Shown: positions 1-8,908 of the stretch, in pieces
Numbering within the stretch: position 1 is the first letter of the stretch
Layout of the letters: the number at the start of each line of letters is the position of its first letter
Origin: Rhodospirillales bacterium
Lineage (GTDB): Bacteria; Pseudomonadota; Alphaproteobacteria; Rhodospirillales; UBA2165
DNA length: 64,000 nt
Assembly (NCBI GenBank): GCA_012960465.1
Contig: DUBF01000166.1
Coordinates: 5,284-69,283, forward strand
Direction: 5' to 3'
The notes under the pieces: generated by a model
The model's input: the letters and a program-made list of their open reading frames with translations, nothing else
Told to the model about the DNA's origin: nothing
Database searches by the model: none
Position numbers and translations under genes: made by a program

Positions 1-2
1 CA

Positions 3-110
3 GGATTTAAAAAAATTAAAAAAGTCGATGAATTTGGCTTATTTGATGATGCAAGTTCTATGAGGTTTGATGGACTCCTGATTAGCCTAAACTTAATTGC
101 TGTTAAGTAA
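3..110 (+). CDS. 3' end of an unidentified CDS that starts upstream of the window
   Basis: Frame 3 is open from the window edge (GFKKIKKVDEFGLFDDASSMRFDGLLISLNLIAVK) to TAA at 108-110. It converges on the next gene. No recognisable motif. Confidence 0.25.
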   Translation, partial: GFKKIKKVDEFGLFDDASSMRFDGLLISLNLIAVK

Positions 111-114
111 AATC

Positions 115-1962
115 TTATATCTTGCTTAGAATGTTTATAATCTTATACCAAAATAGCTTGCCGCTGTAGCGTTGTTTATACCAATCCATCGCTGCAGACG
201 TTATGTGCTCAGTGATTTCATCATGTTTTAATAGGAATTGAGCAGTTGAAATCATTTCGTGGACATTATTAAAGGGTGCATAATGAACATAAGGTACAAA
301 ATAGTCGTGCATTTGATCAAAGTCCTGTTGTAGCAGGACAGCGCCTGAAGTTATTGCCTCAAATATTCGAAGGTTTAGCCCGTGATCTTTAGATGATATT
401 AGTCCGTTATTAAAGATGATCCGAGAGCGTTTATGCATTTCAATAAATTCATTTGCACGGATACTGTCTTGGATCGATTGTACAGTAAATTTCATATGGA
501 GTGGGATACCCCCCTCAATCATGTAAGCGCACCACATATCCCTGTATCGCTTTCTAGCACCAATAAAAAGAGCGTCAAGATCGCGCATCGGTGGTTTAAA
601 TCTATCAAATAAATCGAGATCAATTGGTATACCTGGGTATACGATTACCGGACAATTTTTACGTGCTTCATCTAAATAAAGGTTCTCATTCATTGCTATA
701 ATCAGGTCTGAAATGTGGCTCCAATATGCTGCATAATTTGGGAGTGGAGGATTAATATCGATAACCAAAGTGGCCAACTTGAAGTTAAACTCAGTTTTAA
801 GGGCGTATAATTCTTCACGAGAGATGCATTGCAGGTCGCCCATAAAGCTCCCCTCAAACAGGACGATCTCAGGCCGCACTTCAGAAATCTTTTCTCTAAA
901 TTCAGAAATAGCAAAACCAAGCGTAGCATCCGAGCGGGGACTGTCTAATTGATGATTCTCAGTATGAAATCCATCAGCATAATGGAGATTAAAATTTTGG
1001 AGTGCTGATTTTCCTGTACCCGAGAGATAATAGGAGACTTCATATTCATCCCAATCTGGACTGCACTTGATGTAGCGGGGGGTGACTAGCATCACAGAAG
1101 AATCATGTTGGGCTATATTTTCAGATTGTTTTTTAATTAAAAAATTATGTGAAAGAGGGGGGAGCGGTATTTCGTTTGTGCGCCATTTTTCAATAGCATC
1201 TGTAAAAAGTAATTCAAGTTTATGTTCTAGTGGTGGTTTTAATTTTTTATAGGATAGGCCGGTCTTTAAACAGGGGGATAAGAAAGCGGTAATATCGGGA
1301 ATGAATTTTGATAGCGCAGTATAATAGGCAATTACTGTTTTGGAATCAATTTCTAAGCCTTGGTATTCGCCAAATCGACTGGTTTGCTTAAAGGTAAAAG
1401 GGAACTCAGAAATTGCGTTTTCAAATACCGCGATAGCTTTGGTGGTCTCACCAGAATTTGCGAAGGCTTGGCCTAGATAATAATAAGCATGAACGTTCCA
1501 GGCGTTGATTTTCAATGCTTCAGTCAATGGAGTTATAGCCGCCGCAAATTTAGTTTGGTCTAGTAAATCAATACCAAGTTCTAGTGCGGCGTGGCTCTCT
1601 ATGACGAGGCCATCATTTCCTTGTAATACCGAAGAGTGATTACGTATTAGTATTTGAGGGGAACCGGGTTGTGAAAGTTCAAGGCGAGGATAGACGCCAA
1701 AGATATCATTGTCTGTGAAGATTTGTGGTAATCTTTGTTTGGCTAAGTCAATAGTTTTTCTAGCAGCCTTTAGATTTTTTAAATCAATAAAAGCGCGGGC
1801 CATAAAGTAATAACCATCGGGATTGGCTTTTTGGAAGCCGAGGGCTTGTTCAAAACAAACCAGTGCTCCTGAAGGATCACCATTATGAAGTAAGTTAATT
1901 CCTCGTTTTATGGATTCGTGACTGGAGCGGGCTTCAGGAATTTTTTTCATATTAGAACACAA
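115..1962 (-). CDS. TPR-repeat protein fused to a CgeB-like (Glyco_trans_1_2 / DUF3880-type) glycosyltransferase domain
   Basis: 615-aa ORF. The N-terminal ~200 aa contain TPR-like A/Y/F-rich helical repeats (GYYFMARAFIDLKNLKAARK, HAYYYLGQAFANSGETTKAI). The C-terminal ~150 aa (FIGARKRYR...NLRIFEAITSGAVLL...YSGKLFW) resemble CgeB/YkvP-type glycosyltransferase C-domains. Confidence 0.7.
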   Translation of the reverse strand: MCSNMKKIPEARSSHESIKRGINLLHNGDPSGALVCFEQALGFQKANPDGYYFMARAFIDLKNLKAARKTIDLAKQRLPQIFTDNDIFGVYPRLELSQPGSPQILIRNHSSVLQGNDGLVIESHAALELGIDLLDQTKFAAAITPLTEALKINAWNVHAYYYLGQAFANSGETTKAIAVFENAISEFPFTFKQTSRFGEYQGLEIDSKTVIAYYTALSKFIPDITAFLSPCLKTGLSYKKLKPPLEHKLELLFTDAIEKWRTNEIPLPPLSHNFLIKKQSENIAQHDSSVMLVTPRYIKCSPDWDEYEVSYYLSGTGKSALQNFNLHYADGFHTENHQLDSPRSDATLGFAISEFREKISEVRPEIVLFEGSFMGDLQCISREELYALKTEFNFKLATLVIDINPPLPNYAAYWSHISDLIIAMNENLYLDEARKNCPVIVYPGIPIDLDLFDRFKPPMRDLDALFIGARKRYRDMWCAYMIEGGIPLHMKFTVQSIQDSIRANEFIEMHKRSRIIFNNGLISSKDHGLNLRIFEAITSGAVLLQQDFDQMHDYFVPYVHYAPFNNVHEMISTAQFLLKHDEITEHITSAAMDWYKQRYSGKLFWYKIINILSKI

Positions 1963-2519
1963 TGGATCTAATTGTTTTTAATATTCGTGTTTTGTAGGTT
2001 GTTTCCAATAAATTCTTCTCCTACTCCAAAGATATTGAGTGTTTAAATTATCCATACCCAATTCACCTACTTTCATTGTGATTAATCTTAATTAACCGAT
2101 TTTGTTATATATGTTTGCATTGCCGTATTCTTTATTTTGATTCGACTTCATTTATTCTACGTGTCTAGCATTAAAAATAATCTGGCGATGAAATCATGAG
2201 GGTATTACTTCCTGTATTACCCGTGGCAGTGATATTTTCCTCGACTATCGTAACATATACAGATGGCCAGTAATTACGAAATACATATTGCTGATAAGGC
2301 TGATTTTACGGGATAAGCTAGAAATAAAATCTTAAACATGAAGATAAAAATACTTAAAATCCAATATAATTTATAAGACAGTGTTCTAAAGATAAACTGG
2401 GTTAATCTCAATAATACTTGTCCGGCTTTAAACACTTACCGAACGCGTTGATTTGATATAGGGAGGAACTATCGGATTGCGGATCAGTGTGGTATTTAAC
2501 ATTTTTTTGCTTAAACCTT

Positions 2520-2777
2520 TTACTTGATTGGTTTACCACTTTTATGAAATACGTTTTTGTCCAGCAGCCCATTGTCATAATACTCTCTCCAAAGACCGGC
2601 TTTTTCTCCGTCCTTATAGTTTCCTTTGGATCCTAACTGCCCATTGTCATAATACCACTCCGAAGGCCCATCTTTGCTTCCATTTTTGTAATGTTCTTTG
2701 GATTTTAATTGCCCATTTTTGTGAAAGGACGCTATAACGCCATCTTTCATTACTGGCTTTAAATATCTCTTTACCAT
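2520..2777 (-). CDS. MORN-variant repeat protein (YwqK-like), cytoplasmic, 85 aa
   Basis: Repeated units FHKNGQLKSKEHYKNGSKDGPSEWYYDNGQLGSKGNYKDGEKAGLWREYYDNG are typical MORN_2 repeats. No signal peptide. Confidence 0.7.
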   Translation of the reverse strand: MVKRYLKPVMKDGVIASFHKNGQLKSKEHYKNGSKDGPSEWYYDNGQLGSKGNYKDGEKAGLWREYYDNGLLDKNVFHKSGKPIK

Positions 2778-2855
2778 GGTTTAAAACCTCTTTCAGAACA
2801 GACCACTTAATAACTCGATCAGAATAATAATATCCGCCAAATATTAAAATCAGTT

Positions 2856-3263
2856 TTATTTATATTCTGCTAGGTCATTCCACACTATTTGATCTGATAA
2901 TTTCCCATCTTTGAGTGTAAATCGATCTATAAACCTAATTTTTGAGAACGCGCCCCCATCCAACCATTCCCCGTAAAGGGTACCATAACAATAAACGATA
3001 ATAATATCATCAGAAATTAGCGGATCAAAATGATCGTAGTTTTTTTTAACCCAATGATAGCGTAGTTTAGCCCAATCAATTACTTCTTCTAAACTCGAGA
3101 AGATGTTGTCTCCAGGAAACACTAATTTAAAATTATTACCTAGAAATGATTTGGCGAGAGTTAAATTTCGGTTTTCCATAGCATCCAAGTAATTTTTAAT
3201 TTGTGCTATGGCGTTTGGGAAAATATGTTTTTCTAGCATATTTTTATCGACCTCTATCCTCAT
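2856..3263 (-). CDS. NTF2/SnoaL-like fold protein
   Basis: 135-aa ORF of the right size for the fold. The pattern (IKNYLDAMENRNLTLAKSFL...F......G......W......F.IDRFTLKDGKL) fits SnoaL-like/NTF2 family proteins. Same strand as the flanking MORN genes, with 75-78 nt gaps. Confidence 0.55.
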   Translation of the reverse strand: MRIEVDKNMLEKHIFPNAIAQIKNYLDAMENRNLTLAKSFLGNNFKLVFPGDNIFSSLEEVIDWAKLRYHWVKKNYDHFDPLISDDIIIVYCYGTLYGEWLDGGAFSKIRFIDRFTLKDGKLSDQIVWNDLAEYK

Positions 3264-3338
3264 TTAATCAACCCTCATACATATTAGTTGTGAGTTTTTT
3301 AACCCGATTTGAAGAGCATGCTCTTTAACTCAGCCCTC

Positions 3339-3926
3339 TTAGTAAATCTTTTTATTTCTTTCCTTTATTCCATCTTTATCATAATAGATCCACAGACCTT
3401 TTGGTTTATCGTTTTGGTAGTTACCTCTCTGCATCAAATTACCATTACCCCAGTAAGATCTATATACGCCGTCTTTTTTACCATTCTTGTAATTATTCGA
3501 TATATGTAAATTAGTGCCAAATAAATGGTAAAATTTCCATGGTCCTTCTTTCAGGCCATTCTTGTAACTACCTTCAGACATTATGTGCCCATCGATCCGA
3601 AAAGACTTCCAAGGTCCGTCTTTCCTCGCTTTCTTATAACTACCCGTATGCTCTATCTGCCCAGTATCGTAGTAACTGATATACGCTCCATCCCACTTAC
3701 CACCCGTAAAATATCCATCTTCCTTACCTGTTATCTTTCCAGTGAATGGTGTATCTGTGAAATTTTTATATCCAAGACCGTTTCGGTAAACTAGGTCTTT
3801 AGAATTTATTGTTTCATCTAAAATAACTTCTGAGGAGAGACGTTCAAAGAAGTTTTGTATTTCACCAGTATAAGCAGTAGTGATATCAAAAGTGAGTAAT
3901 ACTATAATAACTATTAGAAATTTCAT
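3339..3926 (-). CDS. Secreted MORN-variant repeat protein (YwqK-like), 195 aa
   Basis: N-terminal signal peptide MKFLIVIIVLLTFDITTAYTG, followed by at least five MORN_2-type repeats (GxWxxYYxxGQ, GSYKNGLKEGPWKFYH, NYKNGKKDGVYRSYWGNGN, GNYQNDKPKGLWIYYD). Confidence 0.75.
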   Translation of the reverse strand: MKFLIVIIVLLTFDITTAYTGEIQNFFERLSSEVILDETINSKDLVYRNGLGYKNFTDTPFTGKITGKEDGYFTGGKWDGAYISYYDTGQIEHTGSYKKARKDGPWKSFRIDGHIMSEGSYKNGLKEGPWKFYHLFGTNLHISNNYKNGKKDGVYRSYWGNGNLMQRGNYQNDKPKGLWIYYDKDGIKERNKKIY

Positions 3927-4229
3927 TTAACCCCATTTCTGCTCCTACACAGTATTATGACGTTTTATCCTTTTGTTGAAAATCATTGTACACCGGGATG
4001 TCCTTTGTTGCCGTTTGTAGTTTCCATTTAAACGTAAAATCCTAAATAGTATTTTTATTATTATTTTCCAGGTTGCCCTGGCGTATTCCACTATTACTTT
4101 ACCAGGAAGAACACCCAAGTATTAACTAGAGTAGTATGATTTGGTAATCAGTTGTCTTAAAGGCACTTTAGAAGGATTCAATTTCTCATTGCATTGTTTA
4201 GGATGCTAATAAATGGTATTGATTTAGTT

Positions 4230-4628
4230 ATGTATAGTATTATCTCAAATAAGATTATTTTTGTATCAGCACTCGTATTTTGGCTATCAGCCTGCACTAA
4301 TGTAGAACCATATATTTTTAAGCCTAACGAATTTAATCGGGGCGCCCCCAACTTCGCAACAAAGCTAAAAGATAGATCAAAATTAGAAATTTGCTACAAC
4401 AAGTGGGCGACAACACCAGAAATTTTAACGCAAATGGCTACTGACGAATGCGGCCGTTTTGGCAAAGTGGCACATTTTATTGTGAGCCGGCATCTTATTT
4501 GTTCGTTTAGTACACCAGCTCAGGCAGTATATTCGTGTTTGTGTCCGGATGAGACTAGTCAAAGTCGACGAAAAAGAAATCCGGACCTGTCTCAAAAAAA
4601 AGAAAAACAGGGATGCTCAAAACTTTAA
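4230..4628 (+). CDS. Hypothetical lipoprotein, Cys-rich with a basic C-terminus
   Basis: The ORF opens at 4194. The internal ATG at 4230 gives MYSIISNKIIFVSALVFWLSAC with an LSAC lipobox. No recognisable catalytic motif. Confidence 0.5.
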   Translation: MYSIISNKIIFVSALVFWLSACTNVEPYIFKPNEFNRGAPNFATKLKDRSKLEICYNKWATTPEILTQMATDECGRFGKVAHFIVSRHLICSFSTPAQAVYSCLCPDETSQSRRKRNPDLSQKKEKQGCSKL

Positions 4629-4818
4629 TAAAGCCGCCATCATTTTGACGCTTGCCAATGGCAGCTAATAGCCATAAGCGGACGTAGACCGGAATATTGA
4701 TGGTCCTTTCCTGGTAAGAGTAATATTTTAAAAATAAAATTTCTTAACGCTAGGGTGTCCGTCAAATTAAATCAAATCTAATTTATTATTTAACGGCAAT
4801 CATATTCAAGCTGATTAG

Positions 4819-5131
4819 TTCACCGGCAAACCGGTATTTGCTCCAACTGATGCTGCGTTTTCTAAACTTCCCAAGGGGACTATTGCAAGCCTGCTAAAAC
4901 CAGAAAATAAGTCTAAACTTGTAGCAATTCTTACTCATCATGTCTTGGCAGGAGCTGTATCTTCGAAAGCAGTTGTTGGAAAAAAAATTATCCCTTAAGA
5001 CAGTTAATGGTACTTTACTTTCAGTCGATGGAACAAAGGGAGTTATGGTTAGTGGGGCAAAAATTGTTACTGCTGATGTAAAAGCATCCAATGGCATAAT
5101 CCATGTTATTGATAAGGTTCTTCTCCCTTAA
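4819..5131 (+). pseudogene. Fasciclin (FAS1) domain gene remnant, 5'-truncated and frameshifted
   Basis: Frame 1 reads [56 protein letters not shown], then stops at 4996-4998. The FAS1 C-terminus ([47 protein letters not shown]) continues in the next frame. The switch falls in the A8 run at 4980-4987. There is an in-frame TAG at 4816-4818 and no start codon or signal peptide upstream. Confidence 0.6.
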
Positions 5132-5172
5132 CTTTATGGTAAAGCTACACAGTAATTTTTGAATGTAAAAGG

Positions 5173-5205
5173 GAGGTGAATTGATTATCCACCTCTCTTT
5201 TTTTT
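5173..5205 (+). terminator. Rho-independent terminator downstream of the fasciclin remnant
   Basis: Stem GAGGTG (5173-5178) pairs with CACCTC (5190-5195) around an 11-nt loop, followed by TCTTTTTTTT. Confidence 0.6.
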
Positions 5206-5383
5206 GGTACACTAAACTATTTAGTAGTTACAGTCTCAGATCATACAGATGATTAAGACTACCCCACCCAAAGGAATTATGTGTACTTATACATAGGGTG
5301 ATTAGTTTTAAAATGTTTGATTGGGCAAGGCTTTATAGCTTACCTTTATCTTCCGAATCTAGACAATTTTAAAGGAGGATCAA

Positions 5384-5776
5384 ATGCTTATCACTCGAAA
5401 CCCCAAATCAGTTTCACCCCCTGGTGGACTTTATAGCCATTCAGTAGAAGTTCCGTCTCATGCTCGGTGGCTTTACCTCGCTGGGCAAATAGGTATAAAG
5501 CCAGATGGAACCCTGCCAGAAAATATAGAAGAGCAGGACGAGCAATGTTGGTTAAACATTCTTTCTATCCTGGAAGATGCCAGCTTTGGTGTAAGAGATA
5601 TTGTTAAAATAAATGTCCTTTCTACTGACCCCAATGCACTTCCAATTCATGCTAAGCATAGGGCTAAATACCTCAACGATGGTCATGTTCCAGCCTCCAC
5701 CTGGGCTAATATCAGCTCTTTAGCTAATCCTCAAATTCTCATTGAATTGGAAGTGATCGCCGCTAAAGTTGATTAG
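5384..5776 (+). CDS. RidA/YjgF/UK114 family protein
   Basis: 130 aa. AGGAGG RBS at 5374-5379, 4 nt upstream of the ATG. Family-typical PPGGLYSHSVEV...LYLAGQIG...P and C-terminal ILIELEVIA. Confidence 0.85.
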   Translation: MLITRNPKSVSPPGGLYSHSVEVPSHARWLYLAGQIGIKPDGTLPENIEEQDEQCWLNILSILEDASFGVRDIVKINVLSTDPNALPIHAKHRAKYLNDGHVPASTWANISSLANPQILIELEVIAAKVD

Positions 5777-5919
5777 TCTTTGGAAAGGCATTAGCAAGGA
5801 AATTAGTAAAGCTATCTCCAACAGAACTACCGATGTCTGTATGAGGAGGATAATAACGGCATCATACTTCGCGTTTCATAAAATTGTAAAAATATTTGAT
5901 GTTGCTGGTCGAATCTAAT

Positions 5920-7296
5920 TTATGCTGCGTGAGCGTTCTCTGAATTGTTGCCACCCTCTTGAGGGCGGGTTTCTTTTGTGTGACGTACTTTGTTATTATT
6001 GGCTTCAGAATTCCGGCCATTATTATTCCCTGCCTTATTCTTTAGCCGCCATTTTTTATTGCTGTTAGGATGTTTACGGCTTTTACCATTATTCGATTTT
6101 TTACTGAACCCATTTTTTTTTGGACGAGCAACTGATTTTTTAGCATCCTCGATGTGTTGCGCATGGTAAGGATGATCAACTTCAACATCGACTAATTTGC
6201 GAATGGTTTTTTCGATATCAAAGAGTTGTTCGCGCTCTTCTTCATCACAGAATGAAATTGCTTGGCCCGTAGCTCCCGCACGAGCGGTTCGGCCAATGCG
6301 GTGTATATATGTTTCTGGATCGTTTGGTAAATCAAAATTGACCACGTGCGTTACGTTGTCGACATCAATGCCACGTGCGGCGATATCAGTTGCAACCAAA
6401 ACCCTTAATTTACCCTCTTTGAAGCCCTTTAATGCCTCTTGGCGTGCATTTTGAGATTTATTACCGTGGATTACGCCAGTGCAAATATTGTTCTGCTCTA
6501 AATGTTTGGTGACACGGTTGGCACCATGTTTGGTGCGCGTAAATACGAGGGCCCGTGAAATGTCTCTATCTTCGAGAATAACACTCAAAAGGTTACGTTT
6601 TTGCGATTTTTCAACAAATAAAACCCGCTGGTCAATTCGATCTGCGGTTGGTGATTGAATTGCAACCTCGACCCTTATTGGATTATCCAGCAAGCCATTA
6701 GCAAGCTGTGCGACAGTTGCGGGCATAGTCGCCGAGAACAATAAGGTTTGGCGCTGCTCTGGTACTTGTCTGGTAATTTTTTTTACATCATGAATAAAAC
6801 CCATATCGAGCATGCGATCGGCTTCGTCGAGTACATAAATTTGAACGTTGCTAAGATGTAATATTCTCTGGTTAATCAAATCCAACAAGCGTCCCGGAGT
6901 GGCAACAACAATATCGACACCACGATTAAGCGCCGCAACCTGTTTATTTTGAGAGACGCCGCCAAATATAGTTGTCGAATCAATATTTAAAAATTTACCA
7001 TAATTCTGAATACTATGGCCAATTTGAATAGCTAGTTCGCGGGTTGGCGCCAAGATTAGTGCGCGTGGGCCTGCTCCTTTCGGACTACTCGTTGAAGATC
7101 CTGCTAAGCTCTGTAACATTGGTAGAACGAAGGCCGCGGTTTTACCAGTTCCCGTTTGTGCAATGCCAAGTAGATCGCGGCCTGCAATTAAATACGGTAT
7201 GGATTGGGCTTGGATTGGTGTAGGTGCCGAATAGCCCTCAGCGGATAAAGCCCGCTGCAAGGGCTCGATTAAGTCGAGCCTGGAGAAATCAGTCAT
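5920..7296 (-). CDS. rhlE: DEAD-box ATP-dependent RNA helicase (RhlE-like) with a basic N/K-rich C-terminal tail
   Basis: Q-motif PTPIQ, motif I AQTGTGKT, motif Ia PTRELA, motif II DEAD (VLDEADRMLDMG), motif III SAT, motif VI HRIGRTARAG. The last ~80 aa are K/N/R-rich. Confidence 0.92.
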   Translation of the reverse strand: MTDFSRLDLIEPLQRALSAEGYSAPTPIQAQSIPYLIAGRDLLGIAQTGTGKTAAFVLPMLQSLAGSSTSSPKGAGPRALILAPTRELAIQIGHSIQNYGKFLNIDSTTIFGGVSQNKQVAALNRGVDIVVATPGRLLDLINQRILHLSNVQIYVLDEADRMLDMGFIHDVKKITRQVPEQRQTLLFSATMPATVAQLANGLLDNPIRVEVAIQSPTADRIDQRVLFVEKSQKRNLLSVILEDRDISRALVFTRTKHGANRVTKHLEQNNICTGVIHGNKSQNARQEALKGFKEGKLRVLVATDIAARGIDVDNVTHVVNFDLPNDPETYIHRIGRTARAGATGQAISFCDEEEREQLFDIEKTIRKLVDVEVDHPYHAQHIEDAKKSVARPKKNGFSKKSNNGKSRKHPNSNKKWRLKNKAGNNNGRNSEANNNKVRHTKETRPQEGGNNSENAHAA

Positions 7297-7440
7297 ATAA
7301 GTATATTCTCTTTTCTTAAAATCGAAATAGCGATTTTGGCTGGGTAATGGAATTTCTTCGACTATACCCTGCGATATCCAAACAAAATATTAATATGGAC
7401 GGATGTCAGGAGGAGCCTTTGTAATGCAAGGCTCCTGTTA

Positions 7441-7468
7441 TAAAACCATAAGGGGGTTGTTTCCCCCT
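7441..7468 (-). terminator. Candidate intrinsic terminator or attenuator after cspA
   Basis: On the minus strand, AGGGGG-AAACAA-CCCCCT (7468-7451) is followed by TATGGTTTTAT. A second hairpin (AGGAGCCT/AGGCTCCT, 7411-7436) lies just downstream. Because rhlE follows on the same strand, this may only partly terminate. Confidence 0.4.
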
Positions 7469-7481
7469 CACGCCCTGCACA

Positions 7482-7691
7482 CTAGTCTCGAAGTGAAATG
7501 TTTTCTGCTGCTTCTTTTCCATCACGTCCAGCAACCAATTCATAGGTTACTTTTTGGCCATCATTTAGCGTGGCTATACCTGCGCTTTCTACAGCAGAGA
7601 TATGTACGAACGCATCTTTACCACCGTCTTCTGGTTCAATAAATCCGAATCCTTTTGTTGCGTTAAACCACTTAACTGTTCCGTCAACCAT
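7482..7691 (-). CDS. cspA: Cold-shock protein, CspA family
   Basis: 69 aa. RNP1 KGFGFI and RNP2 VFVHIS-type motifs (GTVKWFNATKGFGFIEPEDGGKDAFVHISAV). Confidence 0.93.
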   Translation of the reverse strand: MVDGTVKWFNATKGFGFIEPEDGGKDAFVHISAVESAGIATLNDGQKVTYELVAGRDGKEAAENISLRD

Positions 7692-7918
7692 AATTTTGTA
7701 TTTCCTTTAATTTTACAATTAATGTGTCACGCCAGTATGGCGCGTTCACAGCTCAAACGTTCACGATGTCAGGAAAGGCAACTGGTCGATAGCAAGTCAG
7801 CGTCAATCAGGGCGCACACAAGACCTCTGTGTAACGTAGTTCGGAGCCCGATATAACCTCTTTCAAAATAAAGTCAAGGACAACTCTATGTTTTAATTTG
7901 ATCTCAAATAGAATAATT

Positions 7919-8908
7919 TTAATTTTCCTGCATCCAGATAATGATATCTTCCCAGACTTTTTTAGCCTGAAGGTCACGTAGCAACATATGATAACCATTT
8001 TTATACCGTATAATTTTTTGCAGCTCTTTTTTGTTTCTTGGTAAATTATTTAGCATATATTTTGTTGGCAGTTCGTTAATTATTTCATCCATGTCCCCAT
8101 AAAGGATAAGTGTTTTTTGTGCTAGTTTTGGTGCCGCTGCTACAGCATCATCCATTAAATTGATTAACCCCCATATACTATCAATTCTGGTTTCTTTTAT
8201 AACCTTTGGATCACGACTAAGAGCCCGCAGCATTTCTATATTATCGCTAGGTTTTATATTAAGTTGCCTGCCAGTAAGTTTTACCCATGGAGTTGTGTGC
8301 GATAGTAATCCAATTATCCAGCGTTCATAGATATGCATGCTGGCTCGTCCGCGAACCGCGGGTGCGACAAGAATAATACCCTCTGTTTTCAATGGCGTAT
8401 TGAGTGTAGCCGCTTTCATAATTACGGCGCCGCCCATGCTTGAACCTAAGTGGAAAAATGGCTTCTCTGGGTGTTTCTGACGTAAAAGTTTAGTTACGGT
8501 AATTAGGTCATCTGATAAGGCTTGGCGTCCTGGCCATCGGCCAAAATGAGGGGCACCGCCAAAACCTCGTTGATCATAAGCGTAAACTTTATACCCTTGA
8601 TTTGCAAAAAACTCGGCTGCATCTTTAATAAAACGGCCATAGTCGTTAAAACCATGGAGGACGAGGATAACTGCTTTGGGATTTTTCTTGGGGGTCCATT
8701 GATGAAGTGGCAATTTTGCCCCATCTTGCATGATAAGTTCGTCGTTACTAATTATTGGTGTGGAAGTCTTTGGTCCTGGGACTATAAGTTGCGGTGAGCA
8801 CCCATTTATCGTTAATGTGAATAATAAGATGGTAATAAAAAATTGGACAATTTTATGGAGCAATAAACGGTTAGCGTTCACCCCTAATTTTCTCCCCTTT
8901 ATTATCAC
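7919..8908 (-). CDS. Alpha/beta hydrolase (lysophospholipase / monoacylglycerol-lipase family), probable lipoprotein
   Basis: HGFNDY oxyanion region, nucleophile elbow GSSMGG and a C-terminal GYHMLL His motif. The N-terminus FFITILLFTLTINGC is lipobox-like. An alternative TTG start at 8863 would remove the 38-nt overlap with the upstream gene. Confidence 0.8.
   Translation of the reverse strand: MIIKGRKLGVNANRLLLHKIVQFFITILLFTLTINGCSPQLIVPGPKTSTPIISNDELIMQDGAKLPLHQWTPKKNPKAVILVLHGFNDYGRFIKDAAEFFANQGYKVYAYDQRGFGGAPHFGRWPGRQALSDDLITVTKLLRQKHPEKPFFHLGSSMGGAVIMKAATLNTPLKTEGIILVAPAVRGRASMHIYERWIIGLLSHTTPWVKLTGRQLNIKPSDNIEMLRALSRDPKVIKETRIDSIWGLINLMDDAVAAAPKLAQKTLILYGDMDEIINELPTKYMLNNLPRNKKELQKIIRYKNGYHMLLRDLQAKKVWEDIIIWMQEN

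Noticed and set aside
2196-2273. 25-codon hydrophobic mini-ORF (MRVLLPVLPVAVIFSSTIVTYTDGQ) in the 557-nt leader of the TPR-glycosyltransferase gene
   Set aside because: No convincing RBS, and it is too short to assess without conservation data. It may be a leader peptide or chance.
2520-3926. Reading the 'YwqK family antitoxin' label as evidence for a type II toxin-antitoxin module
   Set aside because: No small toxin gene is paired with either MORN gene, and one of the MORN proteins has a signal peptide. The label comes from a polymorphic-toxin immunity protein. At most this is an orphan-immunity hypothesis (see findings).
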